64,000 bases of DNA. Origin: Salinispira sp. (GTDB lineage: Bacteria > Spirochaetota > Spirochaetia > DSM-27196 > Salinispiraceae). Shown here piece after piece: positions 9,443-19,912 of the stretch (position 1 is the first letter of the stretch; each line of letters starts with the position of its first letter). The translations under genes and the position numbers were made by a program. The DNA lies in contig OZ271918.1 in the NCBI GenBank assembly GCA_965602015.1, positions 288,001-352,000 of the forward strand. Direction: 5' to 3'. Below the pieces are notes generated by a model. That model was given only the letters and a program-made list of their open reading frames with translations. It made no database searches and was not told where the DNA came from.

Positions 9443-11796
9443 AGCCGGGAGCTAAAATCCCCCATAATCCGAACGCGTTCATTGAATCCGGTGCCGGTGA
9501 ACTGATTATACGGTCTGAAACCCGCATACATCAGCTCATCTCCTCCTGCCTTGACCTTCTGCATTTCGCCGGGAAACAGATAGTTGTCGGAGATGACCTT
9601 GTGTGCCAATCCGCGGATTCCCGAGGACTGCACTTCAAAGGGAACGTAGTCATTGATGAGCTCACCGAAACGGGCAATGTTCATGTAGTGGGGAAGCGTT
9701 TCAATTTCGTAGCTGGCATCAGGATCGAGATCGCGCAGCCGAATGGTTTCATAGACTGCAGCGGGATGCTGAATCTGCTGGAAGTACAGGAGCATACCCT
9801 GCTGGCCATCGGGATCCATCACCTGCCATATCGCCAGATTCGATTCGAAGGGCGAAGCCAGTCTGAGCCAGGAGCCAAACTGGAACAGCGTGCGATGGGC
9901 TTTGTACAATGCGACCTGCTTCGCAATTACCTTCTTCTCAAAAGGCGATAGCTTGGTGAGATTGAGCTCATAGCCCAACGCCCCGATTGCGGCAACATGG
10001 AATCTGGTTTCCAGGTCGTTACTCCTCAATACCTGATGTGAAGGATCCGAGCCCACATGGGATCCGGCGCAGTGCTGGGGGTAAAGCCAACTACTGCCGT
10101 GCTGAATTCGGACTCTGCTGCCGGGGTCGGTATTATCGCTTGTCCATGTCTGGGGCATAAAATAGAGCATGCCGCAGTCGAATCGGCTTCCTCCGCTGGC
10201 GCAGCTCTCGAAGAGGATTTCCGGCCAGGCCCTGGTGAGCCGCCCCAAAAGCTCGTACAAGCCCAGAATATAGCGGTGGGCCAGTTCTCCCTGGGATGCT
10301 GCCTCCAGGGCAGCTGAGAAATGATCCGAGACGGCGCGGTTCATATCCCACTTAACGTAGGCCGGACGACAGGTTTGGAAGAGCTCGTTCAACGTTTGCT
10401 CGAGGTGATCTATCACCTCGGAGTTTGTGAGATCTAGAATGAGCTGATTGCGCCCCAGGCTGGCTTTCCTACCAGGTACAGTGATGGCCCATTCCGGATG
10501 CGATCTGTATAAATCGCTGTCCGGCGAAACCATCTCGGGTTCCACCCAGATACCGAACTCCAGACCGAGCTTGCGCACCTTCGCCGAAAGAGATTCCAGT
10601 CCTCCCGGGAGCTTGTCCGTATCGGCCCTCCAGTCGCCAAGGGAACTGGTATCGTCATTTCGCCCAACAAACCACCCGTCGTCCAGCACAAACAGTTCCA
10701 TACCCAGGTCGGCACCAGCCTTCGCGAGTTTCATCAGTTTTGCTTCATTGAAGTCGAAGTACATGGCCTCCCAGCTGTTAAAGAGGATGGGCCGGGGCTT
10801 TCCCCTCCATGCGGGATGAATCAGGTAATCGCCGATATACCGGTGGAAATTAGCGCTCATACCGGAAAATCCCCGGTGACTAAAACTCATTATCGCTTCA
10901 GGGCTTGCAAAGATTTCTCCCGGATTGAGATTCCAGGAAAAGTCATCTTCAGCGATTCCCAGCTGAACACGGACCAGCTGGTGCGAGTTTTTCTCAACAA
11001 GGATCTGATGATTACCGCTATAAACCAGGGAAAACCCCCAGCAGTCCCCGCTTTCTTCGTTGCACCCCGGTCGGGATAGGGCGACAAACGGATTGTGTTC
11101 GGCACCGGAGCTCATTCGTCTTGAACCAAAATGAAGCTGACCAAAGGGCACTTCCCCCCATTGCAGCTGTTTTTCAGCTATCCACTTTCCCGGAAGACTG
11201 TACCACCGGTAATCATCCGGCGGAAGATCCAGGCTTGTTGACATAATACGCTCAAGACTGATGCCCTCGGTTTCGGCAACAACCCGTACCTGACGGGTAA
11301 TAATATCGCAGGATTCAAGTACCCGGTAGATAAGCTCGATTGCAGGATTGCCGGACCGATCTCTTAACCTGATAATCAAGGTGGCATCGCCGGTTCCGGC
11401 CGATGGAAGCGGGTTCACCCTGGGACGGGTTCCCGGAAGGGGGGCGATTGGAGGCAGGATGTCATCAATTATTTCATGGGAATCATAAATGAAATCGCCG
11501 ACCCGGTCGCCGTTTTTCCGGCGTATCTCAATTGCCGGACTGCGGTAATCACCTTTGCCGCCGCCGGGAAACTCAAGCATGCTTGTCTCAAGGTTAACTC
11601 CTGGATAGTCGGAAGAGTAGGCAGTCTCCGCACCGGGCATAAACTCGAAGTGTCTTATCATATCCCCATAGTTGCCGGGGGGAGAAATACGCCGTCCGTA
11701 ATAGAGCTGAGTCGGGTGCCCGCTTGAAAGCAGGCCGAGGATATAGCTGCTGTTGTTAGTTTGTAAATGAAAAAAATTATTTGAAGCACTGATCAT
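9409..11796 (-). CDS. Alpha-galactosidase, GH36
   Basis: NSWEAMYFDF, ELFVLDDGWF.GRNDD.SSLGDW, GIWVEPEMVS, YVKWDMNR, ESCASGGSRFD, WTSDNTD. Confidence 0.95.
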   Translation of the reverse strand: MISASNNFFHLQTNNSSYILGLLSSGHPTQLYYGRRISPPGNYGDMIRHFEFMPGAETAYSSDYPGVNLETSMLEFPGGGKGDYRSPAIEIRRKNGDRVGDFIYDSHEIIDDILPPIAPLPGTRPRVNPLPSAGTGDATLIIRLRDRSGNPAIELIYRVLESCDIITRQVRVVAETEGISLERIMSTSLDLPPDDYRWYSLPGKWIAEKQLQWGEVPFGQLHFGSRRMSSGAEHNPFVALSRPGCNEESGDCWGFSLVYSGNHQILVEKNSHQLVRVQLGIAEDDFSWNLNPGEIFASPEAIMSFSHRGFSGMSANFHRYIGDYLIHPAWRGKPRPILFNSWEAMYFDFNEAKLMKLAKAGADLGMELFVLDDGWFVGRNDDTSSLGDWRADTDKLPGGLESLSAKVRKLGLEFGIWVEPEMVSPDSDLYRSHPEWAITVPGRKASLGRNQLILDLTNSEVIDHLEQTLNELFQTCRPAYVKWDMNRAVSDHFSAALEAASQGELAHRYILGLYELLGRLTRAWPEILFESCASGGSRFDCGMLYFMPQTWTSDNTDPGSRVRIQHGSSWLYPQHCAGSHVGSDPSHQVLRSNDLETRFHVAAIGALGYELNLTKLSPFEKKVIAKQVALYKAHRTLFQFGSWLRLASPFESNLAIWQVMDPDGQQGMLLYFQQIQHPAAVYETIRLRDLDPDASYEIETLPHYMNIARFGELINDYVPFEVQSSGIRGLAHKVISDNYLFPGEMQKVKAGGDELMYAGFRPYNQFTGTGFNERVRIMGDFSSRLYLIRRLSGRS

Positions 11797-13418
11797 GAGT
11801 TTTCGCCACCGGACGTATCCGCTGCCTGTTCCTTTTCATGAGATGTGATTATCCCCGGGATTTGAATATAAATCGAAGTTCCATCGGTGCCGCTTTCGAT
11901 GCTCACTGTGCCGCCCAGCCGCTGAATGATATTAAACACGATGTTGAGTCCCAATCCCGTTCCGCCCCGGCCACGCTTGGTTGTCACGAATGGCTCAAAC
12001 GCTGTTTTGCGAATACCCTCGTCCATGCCGACGCCGTTATCAGAAAAAATGATGTTCAAATCCGACTTGTGAACTTCCAGCGCAATATGGATACGTGGTT
12101 CCCGTTCCAGAGAGGCAGGGAATGCGTGATTGAGGGAATTTTGGACCAAATTTGAGAAAATCTGCCAGAAAGCCCCGGGATGAGAATGCACCTCGATTTG
12201 TTCAGGACCTTCGACCGCTATCTCTTTGACGTGGCGTTTGACCTGATTGTATAAGCTGCTGAGAATCTCAGACAAATAGCTGCAAAAATCAAAATCCCGT
12301 TTTTCATCGACGAGCTGATCTGCGCTGACTTCCTTGAAACTTTGTACCAGCATCTGAGCCCGATTCAAATTCCCTTCAAGGATATCCAGGCTTTCCCGGG
12401 ATTTCTTGAGGATTTGCTCCATCTCAGTTTTTGTGAGGGTGCCTGCGCGGAACTTCTGCTCCATTTGCTGAAGTTCAAAACCAAGAAAACTCGCCGAAGT
12501 TATCCCCACCCCCAATGGAGTGTTTATTTCATGAGCCACGCCGGCCACAACCGAACCGAGACTTGCCAACTTTTCCGATTCGATGAGCTGATGCTGAGTG
12601 TGCTGAAGCATCTCGATATTGTACTCCAAAGCTTTTGTGCGTTCCACAACCCGGTTTTCCAGTTCCCTGGCGAAGTTACTGATTCTATCCGCCATGGTGT
12701 TGAAGCTGTCGCCGAGCATTGCAATTTCATCCCTGCCGTCATAGGTAAATCGCCGATGAAAATCACCAGAACCGAACTCTCCGACCGTCTCCACAAGTCG
12801 CGTGATTGGCGTTGTCAGTCCCCTGCTGAACAGTCGGATTAGCAAAATTGAAACGGCAATAATGAATAAACCCGAAGAGCCAAATCCTATAAGCAACAGA
12901 GTCACTGGTCGGTACAGGTCCGGAATATCTATCTGAATACCCACAAGCATGTTCCAGGGATGAAAATACCGGAAAATATGCAGAATCCTGGAATCACGCA
13001 CAACATATAGGTCTTGAGCGATAGGCAAATGACTTAAATCCCGGTTATCAAGAATGCTAAGAAACGCATCCGGAGCTGCCGGCGCGATGAGAAAGCCGTT
13101 TCGTTCCCGAGTGTACAAAACGAAGCTTGCGTCTCGCAAATCAATATTCTGAATTGCTTCGACAATTCTTGCCTGCCGGGTTTGCCGAAAAAAAACATCA
13201 TTCTGAATTCCTGCGGATTCCAGCAAACTATAGCCGTCGCTGAGCAGGAGATATGCCTGGTCAAGTTGTAGTTCGAGCACGGACTGCCGGGAGGAGATTA
13301 TGATTCTGGGGACCGTTAGGGAGATCAGGGCTGTCATAAATAGCACCGGTGCGATTATTAGCGGAAGAAAGCTGAGTTGGAGTTTGGTAGCATAAGGATA
13401 TTTGTTCAGCATGCTCAA
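11793..13418 (-). CDS. HAMP-domain sensor histidine kinase
   Basis: Two TMs, HAMP (DEIAMLGDSFNTM), EKLASLGSVVAGVAHEINTPLG, NLVQNS..HAF, DNGVGM, GGTGLGL. Confidence 0.93.
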   Translation of the reverse strand: MSMLNKYPYATKLQLSFLPLIIAPVLFMTALISLTVPRIIISSRQSVLELQLDQAYLLLSDGYSLLESAGIQNDVFFRQTRQARIVEAIQNIDLRDASFVLYTRERNGFLIAPAAPDAFLSILDNRDLSHLPIAQDLYVVRDSRILHIFRYFHPWNMLVGIQIDIPDLYRPVTLLLIGFGSSGLFIIAVSILLIRLFSRGLTTPITRLVETVGEFGSGDFHRRFTYDGRDEIAMLGDSFNTMADRISNFARELENRVVERTKALEYNIEMLQHTQHQLIESEKLASLGSVVAGVAHEINTPLGVGITSASFLGFELQQMEQKFRAGTLTKTEMEQILKKSRESLDILEGNLNRAQMLVQSFKEVSADQLVDEKRDFDFCSYLSEILSSLYNQVKRHVKEIAVEGPEQIEVHSHPGAFWQIFSNLVQNSLNHAFPASLEREPRIHIALEVHKSDLNIIFSDNGVGMDEGIRKTAFEPFVTTKRGRGGTGLGLNIVFNIIQRLGGTVSIESGTDGTSIYIQIPGIITSHEKEQAADTSGGENS

Positions 13419-13452
13419 ACCTCTGCAGAAAACCTATGGTGGGCGAAATATA

Positions 13453-13598
13453 GTGCCCCCAAAACAGCTGATTTAAACTCCCTAATTATTGCTCTTGCAA
13501 AAATGTACAAGCGAACCAACATATGAACGTTCGGCTCATTACATTATTTCTTTACATGATAGTATTTGCACCATCCCCATCAGCTGTTTTGGGGGCAC
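13453..13598. repeat. Inverted-repeat doublet 2 (MITE/REPIN-like, 146 bp)
   Basis: Same 20-bp ends at 13453-13472 and 13579-13598; 106-bp interior; TA on both flanks. Confidence 0.92.
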
Positions 13599-13635
13599 TA
13601 AGTAAAGTCTAAGCTATTGAAATAAGTTTTGACCA

Positions 13636-14331
13636 CTACTGCTCAGCTTTGTCCTTCTTCGCCCGGATCTTCCGGTAGAGCACCGGCACCAGGCTGATTA
13701 TCCCGAGAAATATTAACGCGAGTTGAATTTCAATGGTCAGCGGTGACTCGCCTTCTTGGAGGGTGGTGCCGGCGAACCCGAGATAGGTGTAAACAAAACT
13801 GCCGGGGATAATCCCCACAACAGTAGTCCAAAGGAAGGTACTGACTTTCACGGTAGTGAAGCCCGGAAGCAGGTTCACCAGAAAAAACGGGAATATCGGA
13901 ATAAACCGGAGCGTGAGCAGATATGAGCTGCCGTTTTGCTCTATTTCACGATTAAAACGGCTGAGTTTCTCACCGTATTTCTCCTGAACCTGACTTCCGA
14001 GGAAGTATCGGGCTGCAAGAAAGATTGCAAGGGCGCCGGTGCTCGCGCCAATGTTTACCAGGAGAGTTCCCAGGATCGGACCGAAAAGAAAACCGCCGCT
14101 GAGGGTCAGGAGTGTCGCACCGGGAATGCTCAATGCGACGGTGACAAAGTACAACAGCACAAATGCTATTGCAGATAACAGCAGTCGCTGGCTAACCTGC
14201 TCGAGCAGCTGATCCCTGGCCTCGTAGATCCTGCCGGGATCTATCGCATCGAGATATCCCTGTGATCTCGCCCAAAAGAATCCGCCAACAACAACTGCCA
14301 GTACTACCGCGAGTATGATTATTTTTTTCAT
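13636..14331 (-). CDS. TVP38/TMEM64 (DedA/SNARE-associated, YdjX-like) membrane protein
   Basis: ALSIPGATLLTLSGGFLFG, LRFIPIFPFFLVN, GIIPGSFVY. Confidence 0.88.
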   Translation of the reverse strand: MKKIIILAVVLAVVVGGFFWARSQGYLDAIDPGRIYEARDQLLEQVSQRLLLSAIAFVLLYFVTVALSIPGATLLTLSGGFLFGPILGTLLVNIGASTGALAIFLAARYFLGSQVQEKYGEKLSRFNREIEQNGSSYLLTLRFIPIFPFFLVNLLPGFTTVKVSTFLWTTVVGIIPGSFVYTYLGFAGTTLQEGESPLTIEIQLALIFLGIISLVPVLYRKIRAKKDKAEQ

Positions 14332-15125
14332 TAGAATTCTCCTGTGAATAAACCGCGTTTGCGGTAATAGCGTTTGAGCGCACCCTCGAGGATGCCATAC
14401 AGCGTTACGGGGATGGTGATAAAAATAAGGATTAATGCTGCGCTAATGGTCCAATCCGATGCCCGTATGAGGGGAACCAGATATCCGGAGTATGACGGTA
14501 CCAGTCCGCCTCCGATTAAGAATACCAGGAAGTACTCGGTGAAGGCTACTAAAAACACAACCATGCCGCCTGAGAGAAGAGCCGGAAGAAGCTGTGGTAT
14601 ATGCACGCTGACAATCCGCTTGAGGCTTCCCGCTCCCAGCATGGCGGCGCAGTTTTCCAAATCTTCCGTGTATGAAAGAAATCCTGAATATAAAGCGCGA
14701 AACATGTAGGGAAAGGAGCTGAGGCTGAGCACCAGTACAACCCCAAAAAAACTGTCGCTGATCCCCGCTCGAAGAAATAGTGGATAGAGGCCTAATGCGA
14801 ATACCACAGCCGGCACCAGGAGCGGGGCGAGAATCATGAGCTCGATGATATCCTTTCCCCGCAGATCTCTTCGGGCCAGCACGTGAGCCGCAGGCATGCT
14901 GATAAGTGTGCAGAGGAAAACCGTTGCCCCACTGTAGGAAACCGATGAAATCAAACTCCTGACGAGGGGCCGGCGATTGTCCGCCATGAATTCAAGAGCC
15001 CTGAAGCTCAACTGACGGGGAAGCAGTTCGGGAAAAGCCCACAGTCCGCTGATACTCCTGATAATTAGGTAAATAGGAGGAATAAGTGAGAGAATGATAA
15101 AAATCACCCTCCATCCGGTTTTCAT
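14331..15125 (-). CDS. ABC transporter permease (YnjC/PotC-like)
   Basis: Starts MKTGWRVIFII, overlapping the upstream stop; EAA-type loop LENCAAMLGAG; the longer ORF-track N-terminus is spurious. Confidence 0.85.
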   Translation of the reverse strand: MKTGWRVIFIILSLIPPIYLIIRSISGLWAFPELLPRQLSFRALEFMADNRRPLVRSLISSVSYSGATVFLCTLISMPAAHVLARRDLRGKDIIELMILAPLLVPAVVFALGLYPLFLRAGISDSFFGVVLVLSLSSFPYMFRALYSGFLSYTEDLENCAAMLGAGSLKRIVSVHIPQLLPALLSGGMVVFLVAFTEYFLVFLIGGGLVPSYSGYLVPLIRASDWTISAALILIFITIPVTLYGILEGALKRYYRKRGLFTGEF

Positions 15126-15979
15126 CGGTGGCCTCCTGAGCTCCCGCGCATAATGTCCCCGAGGCCTCGGCGCAGGACGGCGAAGATTACCAGAATTATC
15201 AGAGAAACCACCCATACAAGAAGCAAAAGCAGAAGGGCCTGAGGGCGTTGGGAAAGGCTTCCTTCGAAGAACAGACGGTATGCCCGGATTGATGCCATCG
15301 GTCTTGATGTTGAGCCGAGCAGGAAAGGTATATCGAATGAACCGAAGGAATACAGAAAAATTATCAGTCCAGAAACTGCGAGGTTTGAGCTGATGGCAGG
15401 CAGAATTACCGTGGTAAAGCGTCTGAGCGAACCTGCGCCAAGGATTTTTGCCGTGGTTAGCAAACGGCGGTCCAGTTTGCGCAGCGATGCAAGGACCATC
15501 AGCGTGACGAAGGCACTTTCTTTGTAAATATAGGCGAGGATAATGCCGGTACCTCTTTGATCGAATACCAGTACCGGAAAACTGTCGAGGGTTTGTGTGA
15601 TTCCGACATGGAATAGAAAGCTGGAGATCAATCCGCTTTGGGAAAAAAAAGCGATTACAAAAAATGCCGCGACAATATGCGGAATGATCAACGGGAAGGT
15701 ATACAAATACACCGGGAAGGTCCGAGGCTGCTGCCAGAGCCAGAGAGCAAGGCCGCCGCCCAACAGCAATGATATGGCCGTCGAGACTGCGGCGATTTCC
15801 AGGGAGTACCACAGGGAGGCAAAAGCCTCGGAACCAGCTTCCGAGAGTACTTCTGTTCCTGAGGAAAGGAGACTAATGCCCGCGTAAGCCGCACCGGCAA
15901 ACAACACCAAAACCGATGCCGTTAGTGCCGGTATTAGCGCAAGCAGGGAGGCCTCCTGTGACTTAGTTCCCCAGGACAT
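15122..15979 (-). CDS. ABC transporter permease (YnjC/PotB-like)
   Basis: PLIIPHIVAA, LLTTAKILGAG loop, FGSFDIPFLLG. Confidence 0.85.
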   Translation of the reverse strand: MSWGTKSQEASLLALIPALTASVLVLFAGAAYAGISLLSSGTEVLSEAGSEAFASLWYSLEIAAVSTAISLLLGGGLALWLWQQPRTFPVYLYTFPLIIPHIVAAFFVIAFFSQSGLISSFLFHVGITQTLDSFPVLVFDQRGTGIILAYIYKESAFVTLMVLASLRKLDRRLLTTAKILGAGSLRRFTTVILPAISSNLAVSGLIIFLYSFGSFDIPFLLGSTSRPMASIRAYRLFFEGSLSQRPQALLLLLLVWVVSLIILVIFAVLRRGLGDIMRGSSGGHR

Positions 15980-17201
15980 GCTCCTCCCAGCCCTGTTCTA
16001 GCGCTTCAAGATACTCGGAGGAAATCTCCGGTACCGCATTGGCGCTTAGCACATCAAGAGCCAGGGTCGCATCACCCAAATCAAGGGCGGCGAAGCGCTC
16101 GGCGTCTTCCCTGGGAAGCCGCCCGATATCCAATACGGTAAAATCGCCCCAGTTTGCCGGATCGTTTTTGGATAGCTGCAGCTCGGGACCGATGATTTCA
16201 TTAATGGCTACCAGGGCCCCGGCCTTGTTTGGAGAGTTGAACGGGATTGCGAGGTAGTGGGTATTTGATAAACTGGCATTTTGAAAAACGAAGGTTCTCA
16301 CGCTTTCGGGATAGCGGCCTTGAGTGATTTTGCTTGCTGCGCCGGTCTGGGTGAAGGTCATGTTAAAACTCACCTCGCCCCGTTCGAAAAGACCGTCAAG
16401 CTGTGCCAAATCCGCCGGATATGTTTGACCTTCCCGCCAAAGATAGGGTTCCAGTTCATTGAGATATTCCCAGAGCCTGGGAGCATTTGCCTCAAAAAGA
16501 GCGGGATCAAAATCTCCGGCATACTGTTCATGGCCACCGGTAAGCTCATAAAAAGCCTGCCTGATAAAGGCTGAACCGGTAAAATCCGGCGGCTGAGGAT
16601 ACGTCATCCGGCCCGGGTTTTCCCTGACCCACTCGAGTAACTCAGCATAGCTGCTCGGGGGATCAGCGATCACCGCCGAATCATATTCCATAACGAACTG
16701 CGCTCTACCGTAAGGGGCTTCCCAGCCGTCCACCGGGAACCCTGCATCGCTCACCGCGGTTGCCGGATCGACGAATGCGTTGAAGTTCGGGAGCCTATCG
16801 GTGAAGGGTCCGAATAAGATCTCTCCCTCCCTGGCGTTTTTAAAATTTTCACCGTTGATCCATAAAATATCCATCACGCCTTGATTACGTCCTGCCTCTC
16901 TCTCAGTCAAAAGGCGGTTCACAAAAACAGATGCGTCCATCGGGACCCGGGTGAGGGTGATATCGTGCTCGTCCTTCAAATGTTGGGCCATTTCGGTGTC
17001 CACCCAATCATTAATAAGCGGTGAACCACCCCACATGTAAAATCGAACCTCAGTGCCTCGGGCTTGCTCGATGATGGACGAGAAATCAGATTCGAGTAGG
17101 TTGGATTCATCACCTGAGCCGTTGTTCCCGCAGGCGGAAAACAGAATAAGCACAGTAAATAGTAGCAGAACGGCTGATGCCGCAGGCCCGGGTTTGTTCA
17201 T
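15963..17201 (-). CDS. ABC transporter substrate-binding lipoprotein (YnjB-like)
   Basis: Lipobox LFSAC; ARGTEVRFYMWGGS, DILWINGENF, TYPQPPDFTG.AF, HYLAIPFNS. Confidence 0.85.
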   Translation of the reverse strand: MNKPGPAASAVLLLFTVLILFSACGNNGSGDESNLLESDFSSIIEQARGTEVRFYMWGGSPLINDWVDTEMAQHLKDEHDITLTRVPMDASVFVNRLLTEREAGRNQGVMDILWINGENFKNAREGEILFGPFTDRLPNFNAFVDPATAVSDAGFPVDGWEAPYGRAQFVMEYDSAVIADPPSSYAELLEWVRENPGRMTYPQPPDFTGSAFIRQAFYELTGGHEQYAGDFDPALFEANAPRLWEYLNELEPYLWREGQTYPADLAQLDGLFERGEVSFNMTFTQTGAASKITQGRYPESVRTFVFQNASLSNTHYLAIPFNSPNKAGALVAINEIIGPELQLSKNDPANWGDFTVLDIGRLPREDAERFAALDLGDATLALDVLSANAVPEISSEYLEALEQGWEEHVLGN

Positions 17202-17204
17202 TGT

Positions 17205-18299
17205 TTACTCCTTTCCGCCCGATGCGGAAGTCTTCTTTTGATTGTCGTTAAGGGTGTCGCCCGGAGCATCCGAGGCCCCCTCTTGATCGACATATACGTG
17301 ATCATAAATTTTCACCTGGACTCGTTGACCAGGTTGTAAATTGCAGTTGAGCCTAAATACCTCAAGCGGCAGACCATTGAGGTCAATATTCATTCGTATG
17401 AGGCTTCCCTGAAAACGACGGGAAGTTATGAAGGCGGGGCCGTTTTCGCTGGGAAGCAGATCGATGGCTTCTGCTCTGACGAGAATATCCAATTCTACAG
17501 GAGTCTTTCCGTCGAAGCTGCAGTATTTTATGTAGTTTCGGGGAATAATATTCACCGGTCCGAGAAAGTTTCCAACCCTGTGATCCGCAGGGAAGCGGTA
17601 GAGGGTTTCAACATCAGCCTGCTGCCCAATCTCGCCGTCAAGAAGCACGGCAATTCGGTCGCTCATTGCAAAGGCTTCAGGAAGATCGTGGGTTACCGCC
17701 AAGGTAGTGACGCCATATTCTTCCTGTATGTTCCGAATAAACAAAGCGGTTTCCATTTTGAGATTTTGATCAAGATTTGCAAATGGCTCATCCAGAAGAA
17801 GAAGGGATGGCTTGAGGATCATTGCCCGTGCGAGGGCTACCCGTTGGCGTTGCCCGGCGGACAGCTGTCGCGGGTACTTTTTCTGAAGACCTTCCAGGCC
17901 GAAATGGGTGATGTGGTCAGCCACCTCTTTACTTATGGCATGAGCTCGTGCTTTTCTGCTTCGATTCTCCGCAAAGGACGGAAAACGTCGCGCAAAATTG
18001 CTCCTGTTGTGAAGGCCGTAGGCGATGTTCTGGTTTACCGTGAGCTGGGGAAACAGAAGAAAATCCTGAAAGACCATGATCACCGGAGACCAGGTTTCCT
18101 TTTCAGGCAGCCAGGTTATTTCTCCGCCGTCCGATGAGTCCAGTCCGGCGATGATTCGCAACAAGGTTGTTTTTCCCGCACCAGATGGTCCTACAACGCT
18201 GAGAAACTCACCCTGGCGAATATCCATGGAAAGATTACGAAGAACAGGCCATTCCCCAAAGGCCTTTTTGAGATCTTTAATCCTGACTTCCATGAACAC
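17205..18299 (-). CDS. ABC transporter ATP-binding protein (PotA/YnjD-like)
   Basis: GPSGAGKTT, LSAGQRQRVALARA, LLLDEPF, VTHD. Confidence 0.92.
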   Translation of the reverse strand: MFMEVRIKDLKKAFGEWPVLRNLSMDIRQGEFLSVVGPSGAGKTTLLRIIAGLDSSDGGEITWLPEKETWSPVIMVFQDFLLFPQLTVNQNIAYGLHNRSNFARRFPSFAENRSRKARAHAISKEVADHITHFGLEGLQKKYPRQLSAGQRQRVALARAMILKPSLLLLDEPFANLDQNLKMETALFIRNIQEEYGVTTLAVTHDLPEAFAMSDRIAVLLDGEIGQQADVETLYRFPADHRVGNFLGPVNIIPRNYIKYCSFDGKTPVELDILVRAEAIDLLPSENGPAFITSRRFQGSLIRMNIDLNGLPLEVFRLNCNLQPGQRVQVKIYDHVYVDQEGASDAPGDTLNDNQKKTSASGGKE

Positions 18300-18342
18300 C
18301 CTTTAAGCTTGCTAATTTCCCGGCTAATATTATATTGCTGAT

Positions 18343-19185
18343 ATGGACAGTCAAGCAATAATCCGGTTGGCAGTTTTCGCTGCGGTATTCACTATACTCT
18401 CGATTCTCGAATTATTGTTTCCTGACCGCAATCCAGTCCACGCCCGTAAACAGCGTTGGCCGGGAAATATCCTCGTAATCCTCTGCGGAAATCTCTTGGT
18501 ACGCGTGTTAGGTCCATTATTGCCGTATACAGTGGCGGTCGCTATGCAACAGCACGGATGGGGACTTTCGGCATTTGCTCCGGGATGGCTCAGCATCATT
18601 ATCACGGTGATAGTGCTCGATGGATGGATATATCTTCAGCATGTGCTGTTTCATCAGGTGAAGCTTTTACGGCCCCTGCACCGCATGCATCACAGCGATA
18701 CCCATATTGATTTTACCACCGGCTTTCGCATGCACCCAGGTGAGATAGTTATCAGTGCGCTATACAAAACAGCTTTGATAGCCGCGCTCGGTTTGAGCGC
18801 TACCGGGGTTTTGGTTTTTGAGCTCATCCTCAATGCCTCATCTATGTACACCCATGCGAATATCCGCTTAGGCCCAAAGCTCGACCGAACTCTCCGGATG
18901 CTCTTGATCACACCGGACGTTCACAGGATACATCACTCGCAAAAAATTGACGAACGAAACAGCAATTACGGCTTTTTCCTGAGTATTTGGGATCGGATAT
19001 TCGCAACCTATTCACGTGTTGAAGAACATGATCCCAGGGGCATTAACGTTGGTCTGCCTGGGTATGATGATGTTAGGGTTAATCGAATCGATTGGCTCCT
19101 GTTGGAACCGGTGGTTCCAGCACCGCGAAAAATTGGGAAACCCCTGCAAAGCCGCCAAACAATGTCCGGAGACAGGAATGTTTGA
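18343..19185 (+). CDS. Sterol desaturase / fatty acid hydroxylase family protein
   Basis: His boxes YLQHVLFH, LHRMHHSD, RMHPGE, THAN, HRIHHS, NYG...IWDRIF. Confidence 0.9.
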   Translation: MDSQAIIRLAVFAAVFTILSILELLFPDRNPVHARKQRWPGNILVILCGNLLVRVLGPLLPYTVAVAMQQHGWGLSAFAPGWLSIIITVIVLDGWIYLQHVLFHQVKLLRPLHRMHHSDTHIDFTTGFRMHPGEIVISALYKTALIAALGLSATGVLVFELILNASSMYTHANIRLGPKLDRTLRMLLITPDVHRIHHSQKIDERNSNYGFFLSIWDRIFATYSRVEEHDPRGINVGLPGYDDVRVNRIDWLLLEPVVPAPRKIGKPLQSRQTMSGDRNV

Positions 19186-19912
19186 TATTGAACTGCGTAA
19201 CATCAAGGACAGGCTGCTCAACCCAGTCGCCAACGCAGTTTCGAAGTTCGCCAGTCCGACCGCAGTGTCCATCACCGGATTCGCATTCGGTGTAGCATCC
19301 CTCTATGCTCTCGGGTCAGGAATGCCAGTCTTAGCCCTGATCCTTTGGTATGCTAACCGGATATTGGACGGGCTGGACGGGGCGGTAGCGAGGGTTTCGG
19401 GACGCACCACCGATGCGGGAGGATTTCTCGATATTACCCTCGATTTTGTCCTGTACGCCGCATTTCCCATCGTTTTGGCCATCGTCGGTATGCGGGCAAG
19501 AGCCGAACTGCCGGTAAACGGACTGCTCGCATTTACATCCCAGTTACCGTGGTTGGATTCAGCGGCTCCCGGTATAAGAGAACTGATTCCTGCAGCTCTT
19601 CTTCTTGCATCATTCTATGTAAACGCCGCCGTGTGGATGACCGCCTCAGCGCTCTTTGAAAAAAGACGGCAGAATCAGACGATTGAAAATACCGGAAGAA
19701 TCACCAGCATGAAAATGCCGAGATCGCTGGTTGAAGGATTTGAAACTATCGTGTTCTTCAGCCTGATGATCGTCCTGCCCCGATTTTTTGCAGAACTTGC
19801 GCTAACTATGACCATACTGGTTATCGTTGGCTTTGTGGTTCGCGGATTGCACACGTACAGAACCTTAAAAATCTCCCAAGTAAATACAGAATCACCAAGG
19901 AGTAAGACATGA
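19178..19912 (+). CDS. CDP-alcohol phosphatidyltransferase family protein (YnjF-like)
   Basis: NRILDGLDGAVAR..G.TTDAGGFLDITLD signature; EGFETI. Start MFDIEL at 19178. Confidence 0.87.
   Translation: MFDIELRNIKDRLLNPVANAVSKFASPTAVSITGFAFGVASLYALGSGMPVLALILWYANRILDGLDGAVARVSGRTTDAGGFLDITLDFVLYAAFPIVLAIVGMRARAELPVNGLLAFTSQLPWLDSAAPGIRELIPAALLLASFYVNAAVWMTASALFEKRRQNQTIENTGRITSMKMPRSLVEGFETIVFFSLMIVLPRFFAELALTMTILVIVGFVVRGLHTYRTLKISQVNTESPRSKT

Noticed and set aside
8118..13600. TA target-site duplication implying an IS630/Tc1-mariner MITE
   Set aside because: TA flanks doublets 1 and 2, but doublet 3 has CA/TA and the large element AA/TT. The associated protein looks IS1-like, not IS630-like.
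14331..15812. 493-aa ORF as a fused permease
   Set aside because: The N-terminal half is an off-frame overlap of the 15122-15979 permease; the real start is ~15125.
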